Below, in pieces: positions 11,491 to 23,100 of a DNA stretch of 64,000 bases; within the stretch, counting starts at the first letter, position 1, and each line of letters begins with the position of its first letter. The DNA comes from Reclinomonas americana ATCC 50394 (Eukaryota), in assembly GCA_048213135.1 (NCBI GenBank), contig PS015419.1:42198-106197 (forward strand), in the 5' to 3' direction. Made by a program: the position numbers and the translations under genes. The notes beneath the pieces are model-generated. The model ran no database searches, was not told where the DNA came from, and worked only from the letters and a program-made list of their open reading frames with translations.

Positions 11491-14400
11491 ATGCTGGCGA
11501 CCGCGCTCCTCACCCTCCTCGGCCTCGTGCTCCTTCTCATCGTCTGGAAGGTGCGCTGTGTGTGTGACTGACCACCATGCATCCCTCCCACCCACCCACT
11601 CATCACATGCACACACCCACACACACACAGTTGATTCCAGTGTTTCTCACAAGTTGGCGTCTTCGCCACTTGCCCTCCCCTCCCGGTCACTGGCTCAAGG
11701 GCCACTCGTCCCTCCTCCGACTCCGTTGCGCACCCTCCATCCTCCACACACACACGCACACACTCTCTCACGCACACACATGCAGAACGCCATGAGAACT
11801 TCCGCGATCTGCAACGCAATGGCTTCCCCGACCTCGCTCTCCTCCGCATTGTCACCGTCCACGCGGTCGCTCTCTTCTCCCCACAAGCTGTGCACGAGGT
11901 TCTCAAGGACTACACCAAGTACCACAAGAGCAAGGCATTCTGGTGCGTTTTATTTAATGCCTGTCATGCATGCACTGACTGATCACTCTTTCCCGCAACC
12001 AAAGGGTTCTGCTGCGCCAGTTTGCCCCCAAGGCCCTCTTGCTCAACGAGGACAGCGAGTGGTTGCACACACGGTGCGTGCATGCAGTCGGATCTCGGAG
12101 ATGAGCGCTGACTGATGATCATGACACGTGTGTTGTCATGCAGGAAACTGTTGAACCCCGCCTTCTCCGATGTCAAGGTCTCCCTTCCCGCCCCTATGTC
12201 GACCAGTTCCTTGTCGACTCGCCTCTCATTCACCTCTCTCCCATGCAGCTGGGCGACCTGTTCTCGCACATCAAGGCCTGCGTCGACGAGCTCGTTGGCC
12301 AAATCCGTCGCCGACCGTCGGAGATCATTGTCGCAGAAGACAGTGCGTCCCCGCCACTCACCGCCCCAGTGTCTTGTGTCTGCTTGGTGCCCATGATATT
12401 CCTGTGTCGGCAGAGATGGCCGACTTTACGTACGAGGTCATCATGCGCTCCACGTTCTCCGAAGAGTCGCCCATTGGTGAGTTTTCTGTTCAACTATTTG
12501 TGACAAGTCGCTCGTTCTCACTCCCCCCTCTGCAGGCGGCAACCCCATCAAGGGCGCTCTCGACAGTGTGTTGCGTTTGCCGTTGAGCATCCTCCATGTG
12601 CTCGTTTGCCGATGGCTCATATACTTCCCTGTGCAGGATCAAGGAGTTGAGGCCTTTGTGGTGCCTTGGTGTTGCGGTCCAGTTGATTGATGCTCATCTC
12701 ACCGCACAGGTTCGAGTACCGCTTCCAGTCCCTGATTCCGTTCTGGAGGCTCATTGAGACTGAGCGCGACAGGTGCGAACGCGCCATACGCTCTTCTCAT
12801 TCTCAACTCTGTAATTCTCTTCACTCTTGCTCTCCTCCTTGTCTCTCGTCACTCTCTCTGTCTCTCTTCACTCTTTTTACCTCTCGTGGGCACCTTCGCT
12901 GCATCCCGTCCTCTCTCTCCCTCCCTTTTCCACTCTCTTCCCTTTCCCTCTCCCTTTCTTCACTGATTCGGTTTTCACTCCTGCTCTCCTTGTCCTTCAT
13001 TCTCCGTGTGCATCTTTGCTGCATCTGTTTCTCTCCTCTCTCTCTTTCTTCACTCGCTCTCTCTTTCTATCCATCTTTCTCACTCTTCACCAAACTTCTC
13101 TCTATTACTGTTTCTCTTATTCTCTCCTTCATTATTCTCCCTCGGCATTTCGTAACTCTTGCTCGCCATGTCTCTCTTCCCTCTCTTTTCCCCCTGTCGT
13201 GGGCACCTTCGCTGCATCTTTCTCTCTCTTTTATTATTTCTCCCTCTGTCTCCCACTATTCACTCTCGTTTTCCCTCGCTCTCCATATCTCTCTTCCCTC
13301 TCTGTTCCAACTTCGTGGGCGCATTCGCTGCACTTCTCTTTCTTCCTTCTTTCTTTCTCCGTCTCGCTCTCTCCACTCTCGTTTTCCCTCACTCTCTTCC
13401 TTCTCTGTTCCCCCTCTTGTGGGCACATTCGCTGCACCTCTCTTTCTTTCCTTCATTCTTTCTCCGTCTCGCTCACTCCACTCTCGTTTTCCCTCATGTT
13501 CTCCTTGCCTCCTTTTACGCCTTCCCTCTCCTTTCTGCCTCTTTTTTTCTCACTCTCTCTCTTCTCCCTTCTCCCTCTTCACTCCTTCCCTTTCTCCCCC
13601 TCTCCCTCTCCATCTCACTCTTCTCCCTTCTCCCTCTCAGGGAATACAAGCGACAAACCAAGATGGCCGCCGAGTACTTTGACGAGCGCATCACTCGCCG
13701 CCTCAAGGAGGACGCCAACCACCGCGCCGGGCGCACCACCGATCTGCTGGATTTCATTCTGGCCACGCACGACGAACTGCAGGAGGGAGTGTCACTGGAC
13801 TGGGTATGTCTTCTTTGCGATGCATGCATGCGTGCCGCACACGTCTCACTCCACAGCGCAGATCCGCGACCAAGTGTTCATCTTTGTGCTGGCCGGCCAG
13901 GATACCACGGCGGCGGCGCTGTCGTGGGCCCTCTACAATCTCGCCTCTCGTCCGGCCATCATGGCCAAGGTGCGTTCCGCGTTGGTGATGGATGCGTGCC
14001 GGTCACGCCTCCTTACACTTTCGGTTGACTGCTGCAGGTGCGAGCGGAGGTTGACGCCGTGTATGGCTCGCGGGATGCGCTCGCCTACGAGGATCTCAGC
14101 AAGATGACGTACCTCGACGCGTTCATTCACGAGAGTTGAGTCTGCCGTCCTTCATACCTTGCAAGAGACGCTGACGCACGCATGCACAACAGACATGCGA
14201 CGCTATCCACCGGCGCACGCATTCAATCGCCAAACCACGGTCGACTCGGAGCTGTGTGGCTACAAGATTCCGGCCAACACCACGCTCCTGATCGCCGCCT
14301 ACACCATTCTCAATCTCGAAGAGTACTGGGGACCCGATGTACTTGAATTCCGCCCCGAGTTGCGCACACCGCGCAGCGCACAATACTACAGTATTGCCGT

Positions 14401-14796
14401 GGCCTTGGACTGAAAATCTTGTGTGCAGACGGTGGCTGGACGAGTCGGGCTCGATGAAGTACCTGCCGCTGATGTACAGCCTCATTTTCTCGCATGGCCC
14501 GCGTGTGTGCATTGGTTCGTCGTCCACCTGCAACGAGATATGAACAGCCGCAGCTCACGTGTGCGATTCGGTGTGCAGGTGCGCGCTTCTCCCTGGCCGA
14601 GCAGCGGCTCTTCCTCGCCACGTACGTCGCTCTGTCGTCGCCATTGTCACCACACTCGCCTGAAAAACGCTCCCGCAGACTCGTGCACGAATTCGACATT
14701 ATCGACGAGAACAAGACACCGCCCGTGGCCACTCCAAAATTCACACTGCGCAGCCAAGACGGCATCCGCGTCTCGTTCCGCCCGCGTCGCCGTTGA
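11491..14796 (+). CDS. Cytochrome P450 (clan 3/4-like), more than a dozen exons
   Basis: N-terminal anchor MLATALLTLLGLVLLLIVWK, RKLLNPAF, I-helix FVLAGQDTTA, ExxR (ENMR), PERW, heme motif FSHGPRVCIG. All checked junctions are GT-AG. Confidence 0.95.
12773..13640 (+). repeat. Expanded CT-rich P450 intron containing minisatellite units
   Basis: gtgggc(a/g)c(c/a)ttcgctgca recurs at ~12886, 13199, 13315 and 13419, with a degenerate copy at ~13007. Confidence 0.85.
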
Positions 14797-14845
14797 CAGC
14801 AACACAATGCAAATATAGCGTCCTTATTTCCATTCATAAAAATGA

Positions 14846-16094
14846 TTACAGCAATGTACACGGTCGTTTCTTGTGGCCTGTGGTCTCCGGGGGCGCCTCG
14901 GTCTTTCGAATCATGCTGTGAAGTGGGAGGTCAGCATCGGAGAAAGACCAATCCCATGTTGTTCGTCACTCACCGCACAATCTCCGCAAACACCTCCTCC
15001 ACGTTCTGGCCGGTGAGGGCACTCGTCTCAAAGTACGGAGCATTGATCTTCGCGGCGTATTCGCGACCCTGCACTCTCACAACGGATGGTGAGCTGCCGA
15101 CAGACGCACAAATGCTGCGCGATTTCGTCACACCTTTTCCTCCGAAATGAGTCGCTCGCCGAGATCCTATCAAACAACAGTGAGAACACACAAACACGCA
15201 GCAAGTGGATTGATCTGAAGACACGTACGCAACGACTTTGTTGGCCACCAACACGACGCGCGGCTGCGGTTCGTCGAGTGCGTTGACCAGCATTTCGTGG
15301 AACCTCTCCAACTCAGCGAATCCGTACTGCAACCACCGCCCATCAGCAACGAGGAGGAAACGAGAGCGAGAAACACGGCAGACAAACCTGATCATTCACC
15401 GCGTACACGAATATGTAGCCTGGTCGAAGCCATGTGAGAACATTACACAACTTGAATGCGAAGGCAGAAGCCTATTCCTCTAACCTTGTCGGTTCTTGAC
15501 CCAGTGCGGGAACTGCAGCATACGAGGTGAGCGCCATGTGCACACACACAAGTGCCACGCAGTGGCATGAACTCACCAGACTGATAAATGCATCCTGGCC
15601 TGCCGTGTCGAGAATGTCGAGCCTGCACACGCGATTGTCGATCGACACTTGCTTGTGGTGCACATCCTCGACTGCACAGAGGGAGACACACGAACAAGTG
15701 AGCCGCGCCACACGCGCCACACACCGACTCCGGCAATCATAATCAACAAACGCACACGAACCCGTCGGATCGTACTGCGCAGCGGCCACCGTGAGCACCA
15801 GCGCACAAACTAAAAAACGGACGCTCACGACACACACACCTCCTCAACAAACAACTTGCGCACATATCGCAACGTCAATGCCGACTTGCCGACACCACCA
15901 CTGCCCCACGCAAAACCCTGTCAGAGCGCACATCATGCACCACCACACAAAGCGCATCACCGCACCTGCCCAACACCTGCACAACAGACACACAGAGTAA
16001 GTCTATGACATACAGAAAGCAGCTTGTGATCGCCAGACACAACACACACCGTCAGCCTGTACTCCCGGACTGCTCTCGGAGCATCATCACTCAT
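14846..16094 (-). CDS. Ras/Rap-family small GTPase with CAAX box (possible Gly-rich N-terminal extension to ~16277)
   Basis: Spliced product REYRLT|VLGS|GGVGKSALT...FVEE|YDPT|VED...DTAGQ...VANK...ETSAL, ending KKRPCTLL*. Confidence 0.93.
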
Positions 16095-17144
16095 TGTCAG
16101 CCACTCATCACCACGAGAAGCACACACAAGCACATGCACGCAACATCCAGCACCACCCTTGCTTCCACTCGCCCCAGCACCACCGCCACCACCACCACTG
16201 CCACTCGCCGCACTCGCACCCGACGCACTCGCCTCCCCACCACCACCACCACCGCCACTGCCACCGCCACCGCGCATAAACTCCTCACCTGTCATCATAT
16301 AAGCCAAAGACACAAGAGAGACAAAGAGAGACACACACGCTCTCTCTCTCACACACACACACACATCCCACACNNNNNNNNNNNNNNNNNNNNNNNNNNN
16401 NNNNNNNNNNNNNNNNNNNNNNNNNNNNNNNNNNNNNNNNNNNNNNNNNNNNNNNNNNNNNNNNNNNNNNNNNNNNNNNNNNNNNNNNNNNNNNNNNNNN
16501 NNNNNNNNNNNNNNNNNNNNNNNNNNNNNNNNNNNNNNNNNNNNNNNNNNNNNNNNNNNNNNNNNNNNNNNNNNNNNNNNNNNNNNNNNNNNNNNNNNNN
16601 NNNNNNNNNNNNNNNNNNNNNNNNNNNNNNNNNNNNNNNNNNNNNNNNNNNNNNNNNNNNNNNNNNNNNNNNNNNNNNNNNNNNNNNNNNNNNNNNNNNN
16701 NNNNNNNNNNNNNNNNNNNNNNNNNNNNNNNNNNNNNNNNNNNNNNNNNNNNNNNNNNNNNNNNNNNNNNNNNNNNNNNNNNNNNNNNNNNNNNNNNNNN
16801 NNNNNNNNNNNNNNNNNNNNNNNNNNNNNNNNNNNNNNNNNNNNNNNNNNNNNNNNNNNNNNNNNNNNNNNNNNNNNNNNNNNNNNNNNNNNNNNNNNNN
16901 NNNNNNNNNNNNNNNNNNNNNNNNNNNNNNNNNNNNNNNNNNNNNNNNNNNNNNNNNNNNNNNNNNNNNNNNNNNNNNNNNNNNNNNNNNNNNNNNNNNN
17001 NNNNNNNNNNNNNNNNNNNNNNNNNNNNNNNNNNNNNNNNNNNNNNNNNNNNNNNNNNNNNNNNNNNNNNNNNNNNNNNNNNNNNNNNNNNNNNNNNNNN
17101 NNNNNNNNNNNNNNNNNNNNAAGCGACGACGTATGCCCCTTTGC

Positions 17145-20100
17145 TTACTTTCGGGGCTTGCGGCACACGGAGCACCCTGCAGGGGACGTGCATCATTGAG
17201 TTTTTTTCGTTCATCGTGCACACAAGTGTGGCATGACAGACGCAACCGAGGCAGTATTCTTGGCCATTCGGGGCATGCTGTGTGTGTGGCTGTGTGGTGA
17301 GCACATCGACAATGACCACAACGACGATTACGGCAACACACGACAAACCGCCACGCCCAGCGGGCACTCCTCCACGCCAGGGCACTGTGGGAGTCAATAC
17401 CATGAGTCGGCGGACGGGATCACAACTTGCGAGGAGTGGTGGCGGACGCAACATCGTAGACCTTGTCGTCGAGAATGTTGTGGCAACGCTCGCAGAAATC
17501 TACACGACGCGATGAAAGTGAGTCACGCATGTTTTGCACAGGGGAGGCATGCAGACGGACGCAACGGCTGTTGACAGAATGTGGAAGGGTGAGAGGAACA
17601 ACACACACGCGAGGGTCAGCAGACAATTCACAGGGAATGCAGATGGTACAAGAGATAGCACGCACGTCTGTGCAAATGAAAAAGCAAAGGTGAGCAACTG
17701 TCAGCACACTCATCCCCCAAACAAATGCACTCAACTGTCTGCAGCATGGTGGTGGCAACAATGACAAAAGAGAGCAACAACACGTGAGATTACCACTCAA
17801 AGCACAATGCACACAACAAGCAGCAAGAGAGCGCACCCCGAAGCAGAACCACACTGCGAGGGGAACAACCATCACGTTAGCGTACCCTTCTTACGTAGAA
17901 ACAGAGAAGACAAGACAAACCGGCAACGCTGCAGCAGAATCTGTTCAAAAACACACAGTAAATCACAATGTACTGCAACGGCAACGCGAGAATGCAACAG
18001 CAACGCAACTTGCACTGTGGGGGTGGCGAGAAAAGGAAACAGAAGGCGCACAGAAAGGTGAACACAGCAGAATAGACAAACACAACATGCTGACATGGCA
18101 GGCGGACCTTGAATTGCACTGCACGTACATTCTCTCCGTCAGTACACTACCACACACGACGATAATGCCAGCACACAATCGTACACACACACGCACCGAA
18201 ATCCTTTCCGTGGATCTTGCAGTTGCCAGCGTCGCCTGCGACGCAGCTGCTGCACACCAGTTCACTCTCGTCAAAGCTCGCCGCTCCCGCAGCGCCACAC
18301 ACACGCTCGCCACCAAAGTACGGCTCGCGGCACTTGTGGCACTTGTAAAAGTTGTAGCTGCCGCAAGCGGGTGAGTGACGCCACGCAGGAAGAAGAAGAG
18401 GAGTAAAATGAACAGTGCACACCGATGGAGCGCGAAACCGAGCGGATCGTTAAAGTATTGTGACATGGGGTTGCCGAGCTCCTCACAATCCTCCAGTCCA
18501 TCAGCCGCCAACTGCTGCAGTGCCTTGTTCTATCGTGACGAGAGCAAATGCACTGAGTCTCTCCGTCCATGAATACACATACACGAAACACTGGATTGCG
18601 CACCTTGACATTCTCAAACAGCGCTCGCACCGGCGCCAACTCCTCGGTAAGCATCGGGTGATCCAGGTCGGCCTTGCACAGAGAGCACTTGGAGAACGAG
18701 AAACTGATCGCCGGACCTACAAACCCGTGACCTCTCTTGTCAGAACAGCTGACAAACAACTCCATCCTCAAAGTACAAACTCATCACCGTTCCACTTGGA
18801 GGCCACCTGCATGGAAACGCAGTCCTTGTGGAACACATGTCCGCAAGTCAGCCGAATGCTTGGCGCACACCGCAGCGGCTCGGCGTAGCAGATGCTGCAG
18901 TAGTCGTCTTGATCCTGCGGGGGAAATAGCAGCGGATCAGTCTCTCTCACCCGCACTGTGTTTGTCATTTTCTCCCATTTCATAGCCTGCCATTCTGTCA
19001 TTTTCTCACACATGGATTCCCAAACACTCGCAGACACCTCGTACTCCCAAACTGTACTGTGTGCGCAAATGTGCATTCTTTCTCTCTGCTGACAGCAACA
19101 CTCTCATACACGTCACAATAAGCGTCTTACTCGTACTCTTCTGCCTCTCAATCTCTTGTGCGCATACGTGCATGAACATGCGTCTCTCTCTCTCTCTCTC
19201 TGCATTCGTATGTCATTGTCTCCCCTATGTAAATTACTGGCTGCAACTGTCTCTCTCTATTCTCTCTCGCTCTCTCTGTNNNNNNNNNNNNNNNNNNNNN
19301 NNNNNNNNNNNNNNNNNNNNNNNNNNNNNNNNNNNNNNNNNNNNNNNNNNNNNNNNNNNNNNNNNNNNNNNNNNNNNNNNNNNNNNNNNNNNNNNNNNNN
19401 NNNNNNNNNNNNNNNNNNNNNNNNNNNNNNNNNNNNNNNNNNNNNNNNNNNNNNNNNNNNNNNNNNNNNNNNNNNNNNNNNNNNNNNNNNNNNNNNNNNN
19501 NNNNNNNNNNNNNNNNNNNNNNNNNNNNNNNNNNNNNNNNNNNNNNNNNNNNNNNNNNNNNNNNNNNNNNNNNNNNNNNNNNNNNNNNNNNNNNNNNNNN
19601 NNNNNNNNNNNNNNNNNNNNNNNNNNNNNNNNNNNNNNNNNNNNNNNNNNNNNNNNNNNNNNNNNNNNNNNNNNNNNNNNNNNNNNNNNNNNNNNNNNNN
19701 NNNNNNNNNNNNNNNNNNNNNNNNNNNNNNNNNNNNNNNNNNNNNNNNNNNNNNNNNNNNNNNNNNNNNNNNNNNNNNNNNNNNNNNNNNNNNNNNNNNN
19801 NNNNNNNNNNNNNNNNNNNNNNNNNNNNNNNNNNNNNNNNNNNNNNNNNNNNNNNNNNNNNNNNNNNNNNNNNNNNNNNNNNNNNNNNNNNNNNNNNNNN
19901 NNNNNNNNNNNNNNNNNNNNNNNNNNNNNNNNNGAGTGGCAGGGCCTGCGGCGCTGGCCGAACCCGCGGCGCTGGCCGCTTGCAGACGCCGAGTGAGGCG
20001 CTCGCGGAGCGACGATGGCAACCCTGCAGGCAGAGTGAGACTCCACAAGTAACGCAGCAAGTTTTCCATTTTCCCTTCAAGAACGCAACCAGGCAACATG

Positions 20101-23100
20101 AGTCCACTGAGGCCGGCCCACAATGCCGGGGACGACTCGGGCGAGGCTTCGACCGGCGAAGCGTCGCACAAGACGGGAACTGCCGACAACGCGGCCATCA
20201 TAAAGTCGACAAAGGCGTCGGCCCAAATCTCCGAACGACCGAGAATGTCGACAAGCAGGCGGGCAATCTGCAGATGGGGGGAAAATTAAGCAGCTGTTCT
20301 CTCTTCCCCCCTCCCTACTTGCTCACCTCCTGCACAATGTCACGCGGAATGGCGGCTGTCATGCACAGCGAGGCTGCACTGCGCAGCATTGTGCATCTGT
20401 GATAACACGGTGAGCGTCGAGGGATACGGCAATCACAACCAAAAAAACAACAAGGCGACGGACCGCGAGCCCGACGACAACGGTCGCTGGTCACGAATTT
20501 CGCACACGACTGCTCGCGCCATGGACAGCAGGAAGAACTCCATCACGGTGGAGGCATCGACTGTGACCATCGAAGAGGTGACTCACATGACGACGGGGCA
20601 GCAGCATCAGCAGCACTTTGCGACACAAACTCACCAGCGTCACGCGCCGACGGAGGGTACAGCGAGCGCAGCGCCTTCACCACGTCGTGGGGCGAGCTCC
20701 ACAGCATCGCTCGTCGCAGCACATTCAGCGTGCTGCGCTGCACACGCGCGGTGTTGCTGCCGACCAGCGTCTCCAGCAGCGTCTGAATGCTCAAGGCCTG
20801 CGGCAGCAGCTTCTTGCCAGCGGCAGTGGCGCTCAACAGCTGCAGCACGCTGACGAGCTGGAACAGTGACGAGTCATCGCTCTCCAGCAGTGGTTGCAGT
20901 TGCAGTGCACTGTACACACGCAGATGGGAAGGAGGGTGTCAACCATCACAAGTGTAGCAGCCAGCGACGCGGGGAGGAACTCGCAACTGCAAATCGTCGG
21001 CAACGTTCGACAGCGCATCACTCTCGTCGTTCAACACAATGCCCTTGGTGGCCATGGCCGCACGACGCGCTTCCTGCATCCATTGTGAGCACACGTGTTA
21101 TCCCACTGCCTGTCTCGCAAGCGACGAACCTGCGCCTTGATACGCATGCGCACGAAATTCTCTTGCTCCAGCAGCGAGTACGCCGCACTGTCCTTGTACT
21201 GCGAGGCGCGCATCTGTTCGTACGAGACGTGGATCGGGAAGCCCGACTCGTCACCAAGCTGAACGGCCCACTCAAAGTACTGCTCGTTCACAGAGTCCTC
21301 CATGAGACCCTCGCGGATGCACAGCTGGAATCCCTGGTCCAGCGCCGACAACACGGTCGGGTACACGTCCTCCAGTGAGACGGCCGACGCATCTATACGA
21401 TTGATACACGATGGGTAAGTTGGCAAATTTAGTGAGTCGTACGCACAAACACAAAGAGAGAGGGGAAGAGAGGGAGAGAGAAGAGAAGGGAAGAGAGGGG
21501 AAGAGAGAGAGAGAGAGCAACATAATCACTAACATACACAGAAGGAGAGAGAGAGGAAAGAGAAGTGAAAAGAGGGCAAGAGAGAAACACAGAGAAAGAG
21601 AGCGCGCAATGCATTCACAGAAAGAGACTGAAAGGCGCACACACAGAGAGAGAAGAGAAGAGAAGCAGAGAGAGAGAGGGCAAGGCATTCACAAACAGAG
21701 ACTGCAAGATACAAACACGCACGCATACTATCCTTCCCTCTCTCTTTTTCTTTCTCTCATTTAAACGCACACTCAGTCCCTCTCTCTCACACACACATCT
21801 CTCATTTAAACGCACACTGTCCCTCCTCTCTCACACACACGCACATACACCATCTCTCCTTCTCCTTCTCCCGCCACTTCCCTTTCTCTCTCCCTTTCCC
21901 CTCTCTCACTCTCTCACTCTCTGCTCTCTCTCCCTCTCCCCCTTTCCCTTTCTCTCCCTCTCAATCTCTCCCTCTCCCTGCTCCCTCTCCCTCTCTCCCC
22001 TTTCCTTCTCTCCTCCCTCTCCCTCTCTCCCCTTTCCCTCTCTCCTCACTCTCCCTCTCTCTTCCATCTCACCAGCCGGGCCACGTTCTGCGGCGTACTT
22101 CTGCTTGGCGTAGTGAATAACTTGCGGGATGGTAAAGGCCGACATGGGATTCACGTTGTGATCGAGCGCGCCAAACTTGCGCAGCACACTTCAGCAGCGA
22201 AAGAAAAAAAGACAAAGCCATGTTAGAATGTGACGACTCGTTTTCCACGCGATCAATCAGCATCGCAACTAGTGAATCATATACGGCGGGAAGCCGCGAG
22301 TCACAATACGAGCCACGGCATCACCAATGTCGGCGGCCAGGACCTGCGGCGCAAAAATCAGTTCNNNNNNNNNNNNNNNNNNNNNNNNNNNNNNNNNNNN
22401 NNNNNNNNNNNNNNNNNNNNNNNNNNNNNNNNNNNNNNNNNNNNNNNNNNNNNNNNNNNNNNNNNNNNNNNNNNNNNNNNNNNNNNNNNNNNNNNNNNNN
22501 NNNNNNNNNNNNNNNNNNNNNNNNNNNNNNNNNNNNNNNNNNNNNNNNNNNNNNNNNNNNNNNNNNNNNNNNNNNNNNNNNNNNNNNNNNNNNNNNNNNN
22601 NNNNNNNNNNNNNNNNNNNNNNNNNNNNNNNNNNNNNNNNNNNNNNNNNNNNNNNNNNNNNNNNNNNNNNNNNNNNNNNNNNNNNNNNNNNNNNNNNNNN
22701 NNNNNNNNNNNNNNNNNNNNNNNNNNNNNNNNNNNNNNNNNNNNNNNNNNNNNNNNNNNNNNNNNNNNNNNNNNNNNNNNNNNNNNNNNNNNNNNNNNNN
22801 NNNNNNNNNNNNNNNNNNNNNNNNNNNNNNNNNNNNNNNNNNNNNNNNNNNNNNNNNNNNNNNNNNNNNNNNNNNNNNNNNNNNNNNNNNNNNNNNNNNN
22901 NNNNNNNNNNNNNNNNNNNNNNNNNNNNNNNNNNNNNNNNNNNNNNNNNNNNNNNNNNNCTCAAAAAAAAAAAAAAGACGACCGACAAGCACGCACCATG
23001 CTTGCGAGCCAGTTCCAGACGAGCACGTGCCTGTCGCATGGGGCGTGAGGGAGCATTACCAGCACACAAAGCAAGACATTGCTCACGACTCACCCGCTTC

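Noticed and set aside
12687-13640. Leu/Ser/Phe-rich 'membrane protein' ORFs
   Set aside because: Translation of a stop-poor CT-rich intron bounded by GT (12773) and AG (13640) within the P450 gene.
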